Shown in pieces: positions 28,321 through 41,775 of a DNA stretch of 64,000 bases. The stretch covers positions 5,029 to 69,028 of the forward strand of contig JAACAK010000113.1 in assembly GCA_011774835.1 (NCBI GenBank), read 5' to 3'. The notes beneath the pieces are model-generated. The model ran no database searches. It was not told the origin of the DNA and saw only the letters and a list, made by a program, of their open reading frames with translations. This stretch comes from Candidatus Kutchimonas denitrificans (lineage in GTDB: Bacteria > Gemmatimonadota > Gemmatimonadetes > Palauibacterales > KS3-K002). The position numbers and the translations under genes were made by a program. Numbering within the stretch: the stretch's first letter is position 1; each line of letters starts with the position of its first letter.

Positions 28321-29325
28321 ATGGCGCTTGACCTGAAAGGGCGAAGTTTCCTCAAGCTCGAAGACTACAGCCCGGGCGAAATCCGGTACCTGCTGGAGCT
28401 GTCGGCGTCGCTCGAGTCGGCGAAGAAGGCCGGCCGCGAGGTCCGGCGTCTGGAGGGGAAGAACATCGCGCTGATCTTCGAGAAGACATCGACGCGCACG
28501 CGCTGCGCCTTCGAGGTGGCGGCGTACGATCAGGGCGCTCAGGTCACCTACCTGGACCCGAGCGGCTCACAGATCGGCCATAAAGAATCGATGAAAGACA
28601 CCGCCCGGGTGTTGGGGCGTATGTACGACGGCATCGAGTATCGGGGATTCGGGCAGGCCCGCATCGAGGAGCTGGCGGAGTACGCGGGCGTTCCGGTCTG
28701 GAATGGACTCACCGACGAGTGGCATCCGACTCAAGCGCTGGCCGACGTGATGACGATGTTGGAGCACTGCGACAAGGAGCCGGATGCCATCGCCTTCTGC
28801 TATCTGGGCGATACGCGCAACAACGTAGCCAACTCGCTGCTGATGATCGGCGCGAAACTGGGGATGGACGTGCGGCTGGCCGGTCCTAAGTCGCTATGGC
28901 CCGATGCCGAGCTGGTGAAGCGGTGTGAGGCGCTGGCGAAGGTGGCCGACGGCCGGGTGCGGGTCACGGAGAGCGTGGAGGACGGGGTGTCGGGCGCGGA
29001 CTTCCTGTACACCGATGTCTGGCTGTCGATGGGCGAGCCGCCGGAACGTTGGGGCGAACGGATCGAGCTCCTGCGATCGTATCAGATCAACCGCCAGGTG
29101 GTCGACCAGACGGGGGTTCCGGCGGTCAAGCTGCTCCACTGCCTGCCGGCGTTTCACAACCGGGAGACGAAGGTAGGCGAAGAGATTTACCAGAAGCACG
29201 GTCTGGACGGGATGGAGATGACCGACGAGGTCTTCGAGTCGGAACACTCGGTCGTGTTCGATCAGGCCGAGAATCGAATGCACTCGATCAAGGCGATCAT
29301 GGTCGCGACGCTCGCTGAGTCGTGA
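28321..29325 (+). CDS. arcB: Ornithine carbamoyltransferase (catabolic-type by sequence and context)
   Basis: '[16 protein letters not shown]', 'HPTQALAD', 'DVWLSMGE' and 'LLHCLPAFH'. ATG at 28321 ([16 protein letters not shown]); the upstream part of the listed ORF is rejected. Confidence 0.92.
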   Translation: MALDLKGRSFLKLEDYSPGEIRYLLELSASLESAKKAGREVRRLEGKNIALIFEKTSTRTRCAFEVAAYDQGAQVTYLDPSGSQIGHKESMKDTARVLGRMYDGIEYRGFGQARIEELAEYAGVPVWNGLTDEWHPTQALADVMTMLEHCDKEPDAIAFCYLGDTRNNVANSLLMIGAKLGMDVRLAGPKSLWPDAELVKRCEALAKVADGRVRVTESVEDGVSGADFLYTDVWLSMGEPPERWGERIELLRSYQINRQVVDQTGVPAVKLLHCLPAFHNRETKVGEEIYQKHGLDGMEMTDEVFESEHSVVFDQAENRMHSIKAIMVATLAES

Positions 29326-29365
29326 CGGGCCGTTTGAACGCGATGATGATGAGGTGGCCGTCGGT

Positions 29366-30280
29366 ATGAGAGTGGTCGTGGCGTTGGGTGGAAACGCGCT
29401 GCTGCGGCGCGGTGAGCCGCTGACCGCCGAGCGGCAGCGAGAGAACGTGCGGATCGCGGCGCAGGCGCTGGCCCCGATCGCCCGCGAGCACCAGCTGGCG
29501 ATCACCCACGGCAACGGACCGCAGGTCGGACTGCTCGCCCTGCAGGCGGCGTCGTTCGATCAGGTCGAGCCGTACCCGCTGGACGTCCTGGGCGCCCAGA
29601 CCGAGGGGATGATCGGCTACATGATCGAGCAGGAGCTGGGCAACCTGCTACCGTTCGAGCAGCCGTTCGCCACCATCCTGACCATGGTCGAGGTCGACCG
29701 GAACGATCCCGCGTTCGAGAATCCGACCAAGCCGATCGGTCCGCTTTACGGTGAGGAAGAGGCGAAGCGACTCGCCGAACAACGCGGCTGGGCCGTGGCG
29801 CCCGACGGCGACGGCTGGCGCCGGGTCGTGCCGTCGCCGCTGCCGAAGCGAGTGTTCGAGATCCGTCCGGTCCGCTGGCTCCTCGATCGCGGCACGATCG
29901 TCATCTGCACCGGGGGCGGCGGAATCCCCACCATGTACCGCGACGACGGCACGCTGCAGGGGGCCGAGGTCGTGATCGACAAGGACCGGGCCAGCGCCCT
30001 GCTGGCCGCCGAGCTGGAAGCGGACATCCTGGTCATGGCTACCGATGTCGACGGCGTCTATCTCGATTGGGGCAGCCCGGGTCAGCGCAAGATCGAGGAT
30101 GCGGCGCCGGAAGAGATGCGCTCCCACGACTTCGAGTCCGGCTCGATGGGTCCCAAGGTGGAGGCGGCCTGCGCCTTCGTCGATACCTCGCATGGCTGGG
30201 CCGCGATCGGCGCCCTCGCCGACCTCGAAAAGATGGTCCGCCGGAAAGCCGGGACGATCATTCGGAGAAAGACCCAGTAG
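29366..30280 (+). CDS. arcC: Carbamate kinase
   Basis: '[13 protein letters not shown]...[10 protein letters not shown]...GGGGIP...[12 protein letters not shown]...[10 protein letters not shown]'. GAGGTGG lies 9 nt upstream of the ATG at 29366. Confidence 0.92.
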   Translation: MRVVVALGGNALLRRGEPLTAERQRENVRIAAQALAPIAREHQLAITHGNGPQVGLLALQAASFDQVEPYPLDVLGAQTEGMIGYMIEQELGNLLPFEQPFATILTMVEVDRNDPAFENPTKPIGPLYGEEEAKRLAEQRGWAVAPDGDGWRRVVPSPLPKRVFEIRPVRWLLDRGTIVICTGGGGIPTMYRDDGTLQGAEVVIDKDRASALLAAELEADILVMATDVDGVYLDWGSPGQRKIEDAAPEEMRSHDFESGSMGPKVEAACAFVDTSHGWAAIGALADLEKMVRRKAGTIIRRKTQ

Positions 30281-30451
30281 GAGCAGGGCGACGATAAGGG
30301 GAGTGCAACAACAGTACGAGGCCGCGTCGGTTGTTGACATCCAGATGATAGTCGAACGTCATCCTGGTCCTCGTCTCGTACTCCTACTGTTTATCGTACT
30401 CGTTATCGCACTCCTACTCTTTATCGTACTCCTTATGGTACTCGTACTCGG
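30275..30451. repeat. Repeat family 3, copy B: palindrome plus a tandem array of degenerate TTATCGTACTC units
   Basis: cagtaggag (30275-30283) pairs with ctcctactg (30381-30389). The right side reads ctcgtactcctactg / tttatcgtactcg / ttatcgcactcctactc / tttatcgtactcc / ttatggtactcgtactcgg. It overlaps the arcC TAG and lies upstream of pckA. Confidence 0.7.
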
Positions 30452-30543
30452 CTCCATGTTGCGGCATGCTGGATGCGGCCCCGTTGCGTCGAGTCCGGGG
30501 AATGGGCATCCTAGCCGTCACAGAAGGGAAACCGGGAGGATCG

Positions 30544-32154
30544 ATGAAAGAGCAGGGACGGATCGAGGGACAGCAGAGCCTGAACCGGCTCGGCATCCGC
30601 AATGTGAATACGGTCTGGTGGAATCTCAATACGCCTACCCTTTACGAGCACGCATTGCAGCGACACGAGGCCTTGCTCGCCCAGAACGGACCGCTGGTTG
30701 TGCGCACTGGCCAGTACACGGGTCGCTCGCCCAAGGACAAGTACGTCGTAAGGGAACCGTCCACCGAGGACACCATATGGTGGGGTCCGGTTAACCAGGA
30801 GTTCGACGAGAAGCGATACCAGGCGCTGCGCGCACGGCTCTGCGCCTACCTGCAGGGCAAGGATCTTTACGTCGAGGATTGCTACGTGGGGGCGGAGCTC
30901 GAGACGCAGCTGCCGATCCGGGTGATCACCGAGAGCGCGTGGCACAAGCTGTTCGCCCGCAACATGTTCCTGACCGAGCGCGACCCGCAGAAGCTGGCGG
31001 AGCACGAGCCGAGCTTTCACGTGATTCACGCGCCGGGCTTCAACGCCGACCCGGACCTCGACGGAACCCGGTCCGAGGTGTTCGTGCTCGTGCACTTCGG
31101 TCGAAACGAGGTGATCATCGGCGGCACGGCGTACGCCGGGGAGATAAAGAAGTCGATGTTCACCGTGATGAACTATTTCCTCCCTCGGAGTGGCGTGCTG
31201 TCGATGCATTGCTCGGCCAACTACGGGAAGGACGAGAACGACGTCGCGTTGTTCTTCGGCCTGTCGGGCACCGGCAAGACGACACTATCGGCGGATCCGA
31301 ATCGAACGCTGATCGGCGATGACGAGCATGGCTGGAGCGACAACGGTGTGTTCAACTTCGAGGGCGGTTGTTACGCTAAGGTAATCCGCCTGGACCCGAA
31401 GACCGAACCGGAGATCTACAACACGACCCGGATGTTCGGGACGATCCTGGAGAACGTGGCGATAGCGGCACGCACCCGCATCCTGGATCTGGACAGCGAT
31501 GCCCTGACCGAGAACACCCGGGCCTCGTATCCGCTCCGCGCCATACCGAACGCCTCCGAGACCGGTCGCGCGGGGCACCCGAACAAGATCATCATGCTGA
31601 CCTGCGACGCTTTCGGCGTTCTTCCGCCGGTAGCGAGGCTGGACAGCGACCAGGCGATGTACCATTTCCTCTCCGGTTACACCGCCAAGGTGGCCGGCAC
31701 GGAGCGCGGGGTGACCGAGCCGCAGGCGACGTTCAGCGCCTGCTTCGGCGCGCCGTTTCTCGCACTGCATCCTGGCATCTACGCGAAACTGCTGGGCGAA
31801 AGGATCAAGAAGCACAAGGTCGACGCCTGGCTGATCAACACGGGTTGGAGCGGCGGCCCGTTCGGCGTCGGGTCACGGATCGATCTGCCTCATACGCGGG
31901 CGATGGTGCGGGCGGTACTGGAAGGGAAGCTGGAGGACGCGCCGACGAAGAAGGATCCGATCTTCGGCGTGCAGGTTCCCGAGTCGGTACCCGACGTGCC
32001 GTCGGGGGTCTTGCAGCCGCGTGACACGTGGGAGGATGGCGCCGCCTATGACGATCAGGCCCGGAAGCTGGCGGGCATGTTCATCGACAACTTCAAGAAG
32101 TTCGAGGAAGAGGTCTCGGGCGGGGTGAAGAAGGCCGGTCCGCGGGCCGGCTGA
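30544..32154 (+). CDS. pckA: Phosphoenolpyruvate carboxykinase (ATP)
   Basis: 'RTGQYTGRSPKDKYVV', 'GLSGTGKTTLS' and 'IGDDEHGW'. GGGAGG precedes the ATG at 30544. Confidence 0.95.
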   Translation: MKEQGRIEGQQSLNRLGIRNVNTVWWNLNTPTLYEHALQRHEALLAQNGPLVVRTGQYTGRSPKDKYVVREPSTEDTIWWGPVNQEFDEKRYQALRARLCAYLQGKDLYVEDCYVGAELETQLPIRVITESAWHKLFARNMFLTERDPQKLAEHEPSFHVIHAPGFNADPDLDGTRSEVFVLVHFGRNEVIIGGTAYAGEIKKSMFTVMNYFLPRSGVLSMHCSANYGKDENDVALFFGLSGTGKTTLSADPNRTLIGDDEHGWSDNGVFNFEGGCYAKVIRLDPKTEPEIYNTTRMFGTILENVAIAARTRILDLDSDALTENTRASYPLRAIPNASETGRAGHPNKIIMLTCDAFGVLPPVARLDSDQAMYHFLSGYTAKVAGTERGVTEPQATFSACFGAPFLALHPGIYAKLLGERIKKHKVDAWLINTGWSGGPFGVGSRIDLPHTRAMVRAVLEGKLEDAPTKKDPIFGVQVPESVPDVPSGVLQPRDTWEDGAAYDDQARKLAGMFIDNFKKFEEEVSGGVKKAGPRAG

Positions 32155-32201
32155 GACGGGCGTAAGCCGCCGCCACCCAATTCGAGGGAGGGGAGAGCCG
32201 C

Positions 32202-32555
32202 ATGTCGATACGATCCGCTATCGATCAGATCCTCATCGTCGCCGGCGTCGTCGTCATCGTCACTCCCGTCGCGATAATAGAAGAGGAGTCATGGACCCCG
32301 CTCATCATCGTTCTGTTCGGCATCCTGCTGGTGGGCCTCGGGGTTTACAGCATCGGGCATCGCCTGTTGCCGGACCGGCGGGTCTATATCGGGTTGCGAG
32401 CGGAGGTCGAGTACTTCATCCAGCTGGTCAGGCGGGTCAACACCCACGCCCTGCGGAACGAGGCCGATGCCATCGAGCTGCTGCGAACCGAAATGAAGGA
32501 ATCGGTGGACCGGATGATCTCGCTGGCGGGGAAGCCGGGCGAGCTGGGCCGATAG
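32202..32555 (+). CDS. Small two-TM membrane protein, unknown function
   Basis: Strong SD (GGGAGGGGAG) before the ATG. There are two hydrophobic helices followed by an amphipathic tail. No family recognised. Confidence 0.55.
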   Translation: MSIRSAIDQILIVAGVVVIVTPVAIIEEESWTPLIIVLFGILLVGLGVYSIGHRLLPDRRVYIGLRAEVEYFIQLVRRVNTHALRNEADAIELLRTEMKESVDRMISLAGKPGELGR

Positions 32556-32568
32556 CGGGCCGCCGGGC

Positions 32569-36222
<3,654 letters not shown>

Positions 36223-36376
36223 CGCCTGGATCTTTCTGGTTTCTGGTCGTGAGCCGTCCCGGTGGTCGGGCCTCACGACGAGGACGAGTGTCTGGAAACG
36301 CTATTAATAAGGATAAGGATTAAAGCGCCGCCAGCGAAGGGGACGATCCGGTGGGTCGGCGCGATGGGCAAAAGCG

Positions 36377-36409
36377 AGCGGGGCGCATCGCGTCGCGACA
36401 CGCCCCGCT
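36377..36409 (-). terminator. GC-rich hairpin just downstream of the tricorn-like protease gene
   Basis: agcggggcg-N15-cgccccgct, 23 nt after the stop at 36432. There is no U-tract. Confidence 0.4.
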
Positions 36410-36431
36410 GCCAGGATGATACGCCGGGTTC

Positions 36432-39400
36432 CTACCGATTGCCGTTGGTGCGGCGATCGGCGCTTTGCGGCGTGCGATCCTCGTACGGCGGCCGGTCGGC
36501 GGTGACCGGCGGGTTCATTTCGAGCCTGCGCATCACTTCCTGGATGGCGCGCTCGAGCTGTGGGTCGGTGCCACGCGCCAGCGCCGTCGGATCTTCGGGT
36601 ACCGGGATATCGGGCTCGACTCCGTGGCCCTCGGCGAACCAGTGACCGTCGGTGCTGTACATTCGGAACGTCGGCACGGTGACGCCGCCGCCGTCGATCA
36701 GTGACGGTGCCCCGCTGATGCCGATCAGACCGCCCCAGGTGCGGCTACCGATCAGCGGCCCGACGCCGTATTCCCGGAAGTAGTACGGGAAGGCGTCACC
36801 ACCCGAACCGCTCCAGCCGTTGATCAGCATGACCTTCGGCCCGAAGTGGGCGACCGGCGGCCAGGGCCAGTCACGACCGCTCCGCACGGCCCAGAAGCTG
36901 AGCGGCGGTCGGTTGAGCAGCTCGACGAAGCGGTCGGGGATCTGGCCGCCGCTGTTGAAGCGCTCGTCGACGATCAGGCCGTCCTTGTCGAACTGGGCGG
37001 CGAACTGGCGGACCAGCTCGGTCTGGCCGTCGCTTCCCGTGCTGCGCACGTAGATGTAGCCGACACGCCCGTCGGTGGCCTCCTCGACTCGGCTGCGGTT
37101 AGACTCGATCCAGGCCAGGTGACGCAAGCGGATCTCATCTCCCGTATCGAGGGTCTCGACGATCACCTCGCGGGCGCCCTGCATGTCGGGCCGATCGTTG
37201 ACGGTGAGCGCCACCGTGCTGGAGCCGAGTCCCTGAAAGGCGGCCCAGGGATCCTTCGACACGTCGATTGGGACACCATTGACCGCCAGCACGTAGTCAC
37301 CGGCGCTGACGTCGACCCCCGGACGGGCGAAAGGCGAGCGGACCTCGGAATCCCAGGGCGCGCCGTCGATGATGCGGGCGATACGGTAGGCGCCGTTATC
37401 CAGCTCCCAATCGACTCCCAGCATGCCAACGCCGCGCCGCTCGGCGGACTCGGTGTCGCCCCCGCCTCGATAGGTGTGCGAGGCGTTGAGCTCCGCGATC
37501 AGCTCGCCGAGCACGTAATTGACATCCCAGCGCGTGACCGCGTCATCGATCAAACGGCCGTACCGCTCGCGCATCGCGTCCCAATCGACGCCGTGCATGT
37601 TCGGATCGTAGAAGAAATCCCGCTCGAACCGCCAGGCATCGGCAAATATCTGACGCCATTCGGCCCGCGGATCGACCGTTGCCTCCAATTCGTTCGTGCG
37701 AAGCGGCTTCTCCATCTTCTGGCCCGGCGCCACATCGACGATGGCGAGCCGACGGTCATTGGCGACAAGCATCTTCTTGCCGTCCGCCGAGACCAGAAAT
37801 CCGTCCGCTTCACCTATGACCGTCTTCTCCTCACGTTCCTCGAGATCGTAGAAGAGGATCGGGCTGTCCTCTTCCGCCGAGCCCGTGTTGGGGAAGCGCC
37901 GGTAGAGCACCTTTCCCGACACGGCCTGCAGCTCGGTGTAATTGCCAGCCCGCGGCGGAAGCACGACCAGCCGATGCTCGAAATCGCGCGGCTCGATGAC
38001 TACCGCATCCGATCCCTCTTCGTCCTCGTCGCCGTTATCGGCCGACTCATCGACGCTCTCCTCGTCGTTGCGCGGCGCCAGCGGCGATGGCACGTCGGGA
38101 CGCAGTGAGACGGCAACGATGTTCGTCGTGTTCGGGTAGATCCACGTGTTGTCGACGTCGCCGTAAGCGGGGCGGAACGTGCGGTTGGAGAGGAAAAACA
38201 GATAGTTGCCATCCGGATCGAAGGTCGGCTGGAAATCGGCGTAGTAGCCGGACGTCACCTGGTGGAGCTGCCCGCTGTCGGTGTCGTACAGGAACACGGC
38301 GCCGGCCCGGTTCTCGAGGCCTCTTGAATAGGCCAACCAGCGGCTGTCCGCCGACCAGCTGACCCGGAAATTGTTGAGGCCGCCGTGGGTCATCCACATG
38401 TCCTGATCGACCTCCGTGGCCCGGCGACTCTCGAGGTCGTATATCCAGATCGTCTTGCCGTCGTCCACGAACGCGATCTTCTTACTGTCGGGCGACCAGT
38501 ACGGCCGATAGCGGAACCCGTCAGCGAACGACGTCAGCTGCTGCTCGGCGCCGGAGCCGTCCGCGGCTCGGAGGGTGAGCTGGTACTCACCGGAGCGATC
38601 GCTCCAATAGGCGACATATCTGCCGTCGGGTGACCAGGCGGGACTGCGCTCGGCTACTCCAGAACTGGCGGTCAAATTGATGACCGGGCCGTGCTCGGCG
38701 GGGAGCGTGAAAAGGTCACCGCGTGCCTCGACGACTGCCCGCTTGCCGCTGGGCGAGATCCGGGCGTTGGTGACGAGGTTGGCGACGTTTTCGGAACGCG
38801 GTTTGAGCGTCGCCAGGTCGGTCACCACGTCGATCTCGACTTCACTGTATTCCTCGGTCGCGAGGTCGAGAAGATAAAGACGCCCACCAGCCTCGAAGAC
38901 GATGTCCGATGGTCCGATCGCCGGGAAGTGGATGTCGAACTCCTCGAACTGCGTCACCTGACGCAGATCCCCAGAATCGAGATCGTAGGCCCAGATGTTG
39001 AACCGCTGGTTCGGGCTGCGGTCGGACAGCATGTAGAGGGTTCGACCATGCCACATCGGCTGGGACTCGTTGGCATCGCTGTTCGTGATGTTCCGCGAGG
39101 AATAGTCCTCGAGGTTGAACAGCCAGATATCGGGTGCCCAGCCGCCGCGGTAACGCTTCCAGGTCCGGAAGTCACGGCTCTTCGGCATGTAGGCGAGCCA
39201 CTCGCCGTCGGGTGATATGGCGCCGAACTCGCCATAAGGAACGGGTAGCTTCTCGGGCAGGCCGCCCTGGCGTGGTGCGTAATAGAACTGGCTGAAGCGC
39301 TGGCGGCCGCTCTGCATCGACGAGGCGTAGAGCACCCGTTCCCCGTCGGGGTGCCACTCGAGGGTACGGTCGCCCATCGGATTGTGCGTCAGCCGCGTCG

Positions 39401-39698
39401 GCGTGCCCCCGAGGGCGGGTATGGTGTAGACGTCGACGTTGCCGTCGTAGTTGCCGCTGAAGGCGATGGTGGAGCCGTCCGGTGAGAATCGAGGGAACGA
39501 CTCTTCGCCGTTGGGCGACGACAGGCGTTGGGCGACGCCACCCGTCTTAGCCACGACCCAGATGTCGCCAGCGTAGACGAAAGTGATCTGCGTGTCCGAG
39601 ACGTCGGGCTGGCGTAGCATCCGGGCGTCGACTTGTGCCTCGAGCGTCGTGGCGAAGCCGACGAGGAGCGCCGCGCCCAGAATGGTAGCGATTCGCAT
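36432..39698 (-). CDS. Tricorn-protease-homologue / S41-family peptidase with beta-propeller and PDZ domains
   Basis: Signal peptide, then 'DTQITFVYAGDIWVV...RLSSPNGEESFPRFSPDGSTIAFSGNYDGNVDVYTIPALGG'. C-terminal S41 core 'FNSGGQIPDRF...NGWSGSGGDAF'. Confidence 0.9.
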   Translation of the reverse strand: MRIATILGAALLVGFATTLEAQVDARMLRQPDVSDTQITFVYAGDIWVVAKTGGVAQRLSSPNGEESFPRFSPDGSTIAFSGNYDGNVDVYTIPALGGTPTRLTHNPMGDRTLEWHPDGERVLYASSMQSGRQRFSQFYYAPRQGGLPEKLPVPYGEFGAISPDGEWLAYMPKSRDFRTWKRYRGGWAPDIWLFNLEDYSSRNITNSDANESQPMWHGRTLYMLSDRSPNQRFNIWAYDLDSGDLRQVTQFEEFDIHFPAIGPSDIVFEAGGRLYLLDLATEEYSEVEIDVVTDLATLKPRSENVANLVTNARISPSGKRAVVEARGDLFTLPAEHGPVINLTASSGVAERSPAWSPDGRYVAYWSDRSGEYQLTLRAADGSGAEQQLTSFADGFRYRPYWSPDSKKIAFVDDGKTIWIYDLESRRATEVDQDMWMTHGGLNNFRVSWSADSRWLAYSRGLENRAGAVFLYDTDSGQLHQVTSGYYADFQPTFDPDGNYLFFLSNRTFRPAYGDVDNTWIYPNTTNIVAVSLRPDVPSPLAPRNDEESVDESADNGDEDEEGSDAVVIEPRDFEHRLVVLPPRAGNYTELQAVSGKVLYRRFPNTGSAEEDSPILFYDLEEREEKTVIGEADGFLVSADGKKMLVANDRRLAIVDVAPGQKMEKPLRTNELEATVDPRAEWRQIFADAWRFERDFFYDPNMHGVDWDAMRERYGRLIDDAVTRWDVNYVLGELIAELNASHTYRGGGDTESAERRGVGMLGVDWELDNGAYRIARIIDGAPWDSEVRSPFARPGVDVSAGDYVLAVNGVPIDVSKDPWAAFQGLGSSTVALTVNDRPDMQGAREVIVETLDTGDEIRLRHLAWIESNRSRVEEATDGRVGYIYVRSTGSDGQTELVRQFAAQFDKDGLIVDERFNSGGQIPDRFVELLNRPPLSFWAVRSGRDWPWPPVAHFGPKVMLINGWSGSGGDAFPYYFREYGVGPLIGSRTWGGLIGISGAPSLIDGGGVTVPTFRMYSTDGHWFAEGHGVEPDIPVPEDPTALARGTDPQLERAIQEVMRRLEMNPPVTADRPPYEDRTPQSADRRTNGNR

Positions 39699-39803
39699 GC
39701 TGTCACCTCACGTGTGGGGTGTGGATGAAGTCCATCGGGCTGTCTGTCGTGGTCTGGGGGCGTCCGGTCCCTATCTCGTCGGCCTGGGTCGACCGAGAGG
39801 CCG

Positions 39804-40772
39804 TTAAGCCGATTCGTTGGCCAGCCGCCGGAGGTCGGCTTCAGCGGCGATATATCCGAACGCTGCCCATTGGGATCCACGCAACACCGTACGATAGATC
39901 TCGATCGCCTGTTTCGGTTGGTCGTTGTACAGATACCAGTTCCCGACGCCGTAGCCGATCGTCGCGTTCTCGATCGCATCCGCGGTCGAGATCTGCTCGA
40001 GCAGAGCCTCGGGTGACAGCTCGCCCCGGTACATGAGAAGCAGGCGGTGGTAGCTGTGGTTCTCGATCACGTCCATCTCGGAGTGGATCGGCTCGAGGAC
40101 GGCCGCCGCCTCGGCGTCGCGGTCGAGCCGGCGGAGCGTCATGTAGAGCCAGTGGCTGGTCGCGACCAGCATGTCGGGGTTGTTGGAGACCTTCAGGCAT
40201 TCGCGATAGGCGCGGAGCGTGCTTCGGAAGTCACCGCTCAGGTAGTAGGCCAGGCCGAGGTGATACCAGATGTTGGAATGCAGCGTGCTGGTGGGAATGT
40301 TACGAGCGTTCGGCAGGCCGTCTGGCTCCACCTCGTCGGCGGTGCCCTCTATGAGCTGCGCCGCACGCTCGAGGTCAGCGATGGCGCGGCCGAACTCGCG
40401 GACGGTGATGAAGCGATGTCCGCGATGGCGATACATGCGCGGGTCGTCCGGGTGCTTCTCGATCCCCTCGCTGTAAATGGCGATGGCGCGGCGGTAGTCG
40501 CCCAGGTACGCGGTTCGGCGACCGTACCAGATAATCGCCTCGGCATCGTCGGGATGCCGTTCGTAATCGGCACGAGCCTCCACCAACTTCCGCTCCCAAT
40601 CCAGGCGGACGGAGTCTGGCAGCGGGGGAGGGAAGAGGGCTTCGCCGAACAGTGATATCGCCTGTAGCTGGCTTTGCGATTCTGCGTCGCGGGCGGCGGA
40701 CCGCTGGCCGGGGTCGCTGCAGCCGGCGAGAATGAGAACGGCGATGAAAGCGATCGGCACCCTGGCAGGCAT
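39804..40772 (-). CDS. TPR-repeat lipoprotein
   Basis: Lipobox 'AVLILAGCS'. Several TPR-like repeats follow (AIIWYGRRTAYLGDYRRAIAIYSEGIEKHPDDP...). Confidence 0.7.
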   Translation of the reverse strand: MPARVPIAFIAVLILAGCSDPGQRSAARDAESQSQLQAISLFGEALFPPPLPDSVRLDWERKLVEARADYERHPDDAEAIIWYGRRTAYLGDYRRAIAIYSEGIEKHPDDPRMYRHRGHRFITVREFGRAIADLERAAQLIEGTADEVEPDGLPNARNIPTSTLHSNIWYHLGLAYYLSGDFRSTLRAYRECLKVSNNPDMLVATSHWLYMTLRRLDRDAEAAAVLEPIHSEMDVIENHSYHRLLLMYRGELSPEALLEQISTADAIENATIGYGVGNWYLYNDQPKQAIEIYRTVLRGSQWAAFGYIAAEADLRRLANESA

Positions 40773-40775
40773 GGC

Positions 40776-41654
40776 TCAGTCGCGTGCCGATGCGGTTTCG
40801 GCGGCGTCCGACGCGGTGTCGGGCCTCACGTGTCTGGCGAGCTCGGGCGGATAGGCTTGCTGCTTCAGGTTTTTGTCCTTGCTGGCGTAGTGCGCGATCC
40901 GCATCTGTCTCAGCTCGCGGTGCTGGGCGCGGATGATCTCCATCACCTTGTCCACCAGCGCCTGGGCCGTCTCGCGCGTGCGCGGCTTGTCCAGGAACTC
41001 GCTGTAGTCGACCGGCTTTCCGAACTTGATCCAGATCCGCTTGCCGATCCGGGGTATCGTCTTCCCGATGGGCAGCACGTCCTGCATCCCGTCGATAGCC
41101 ACCGGGATGACCGTCGGCCGCGTAGCCAGGATCAAGAGCCCGGGTCCGGCTCTGCCGCGTTTGACGTAGCCCGTGCGGCTGCGTGTGCCTTCGGGGAATA
41201 TCGACATCGTGCCGTAGGGCAGGACGTCGATCATGCGATAGAGCGCCTTTAGATCCCGTCGGCCGGGCTTTACCGGGATACAGCGGAAGTGAAACGAGAT
41301 CCAGGCCAGCGTGGGATGCTTGAAGAAGTTCTCGGAGGCCGCCGGGTGCCACGGTATCACGTAAGGCTTGATCAGCGACTTGGGATAGAAGGCCGAGACG
41401 CCGATCGGCATGCTGTCGATCATCGATTGGTGATTCGACAGCAACAGCGTGTTCGGGGCTTCTCCCACGTTCTCCCGGCCGATCACGGTCGCCCGGTTAA
41501 GGATGAACCAGAAAGGCCAGCTCAGCGTCACCGACACGTTCACCACGACCCAGCTCACGAAGTGCCAGATGACGTTCGACACCCGACCTTTGCGCGCCCG
41601 GGGCTGCTTGAGAATGCTGCGAGCGAACCTCTTCAACCCGAGAAAGTCTTTCAT
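40776..41654 (-). CDS. plsC: 1-acyl-sn-glycerol-3-phosphate acyltransferase (PlsC/LPLAT family)
   Basis: 'LLLSNHQSMIDS' (HX4D) and 'IFPEGTRSRTG'. The ORF-track start at 41777 would overlap the divergent EamA start codon, so the ATG at 41654 (MKDFLGLK), which follows an AT-richer stretch, is preferred. Confidence 0.8.
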   Translation of the reverse strand: MKDFLGLKRFARSILKQPRARKGRVSNVIWHFVSWVVVNVSVTLSWPFWFILNRATVIGRENVGEAPNTLLLSNHQSMIDSMPIGVSAFYPKSLIKPYVIPWHPAASENFFKHPTLAWISFHFRCIPVKPGRRDLKALYRMIDVLPYGTMSIFPEGTRSRTGYVKRGRAGPGLLILATRPTVIPVAIDGMQDVLPIGKTIPRIGKRIWIKFGKPVDYSEFLDKPRTRETAQALVDKVMEIIRAQHRELRQMRIAHYASKDKNLKQQAYPPELARHVRPDTASDAAETASARD

Positions 41655-41775
41655 CAGCAACGGGAAAAGTACAAAGACGCCTGGGTCCGGGACAGGGCCC
41701 GAGCCGGTCCGGCGGGTGCCCGGCGGCACCCTGCGGGGTCCTTCCGCGTGGCGGCTGGCCCGATAGGTTGAGGGC

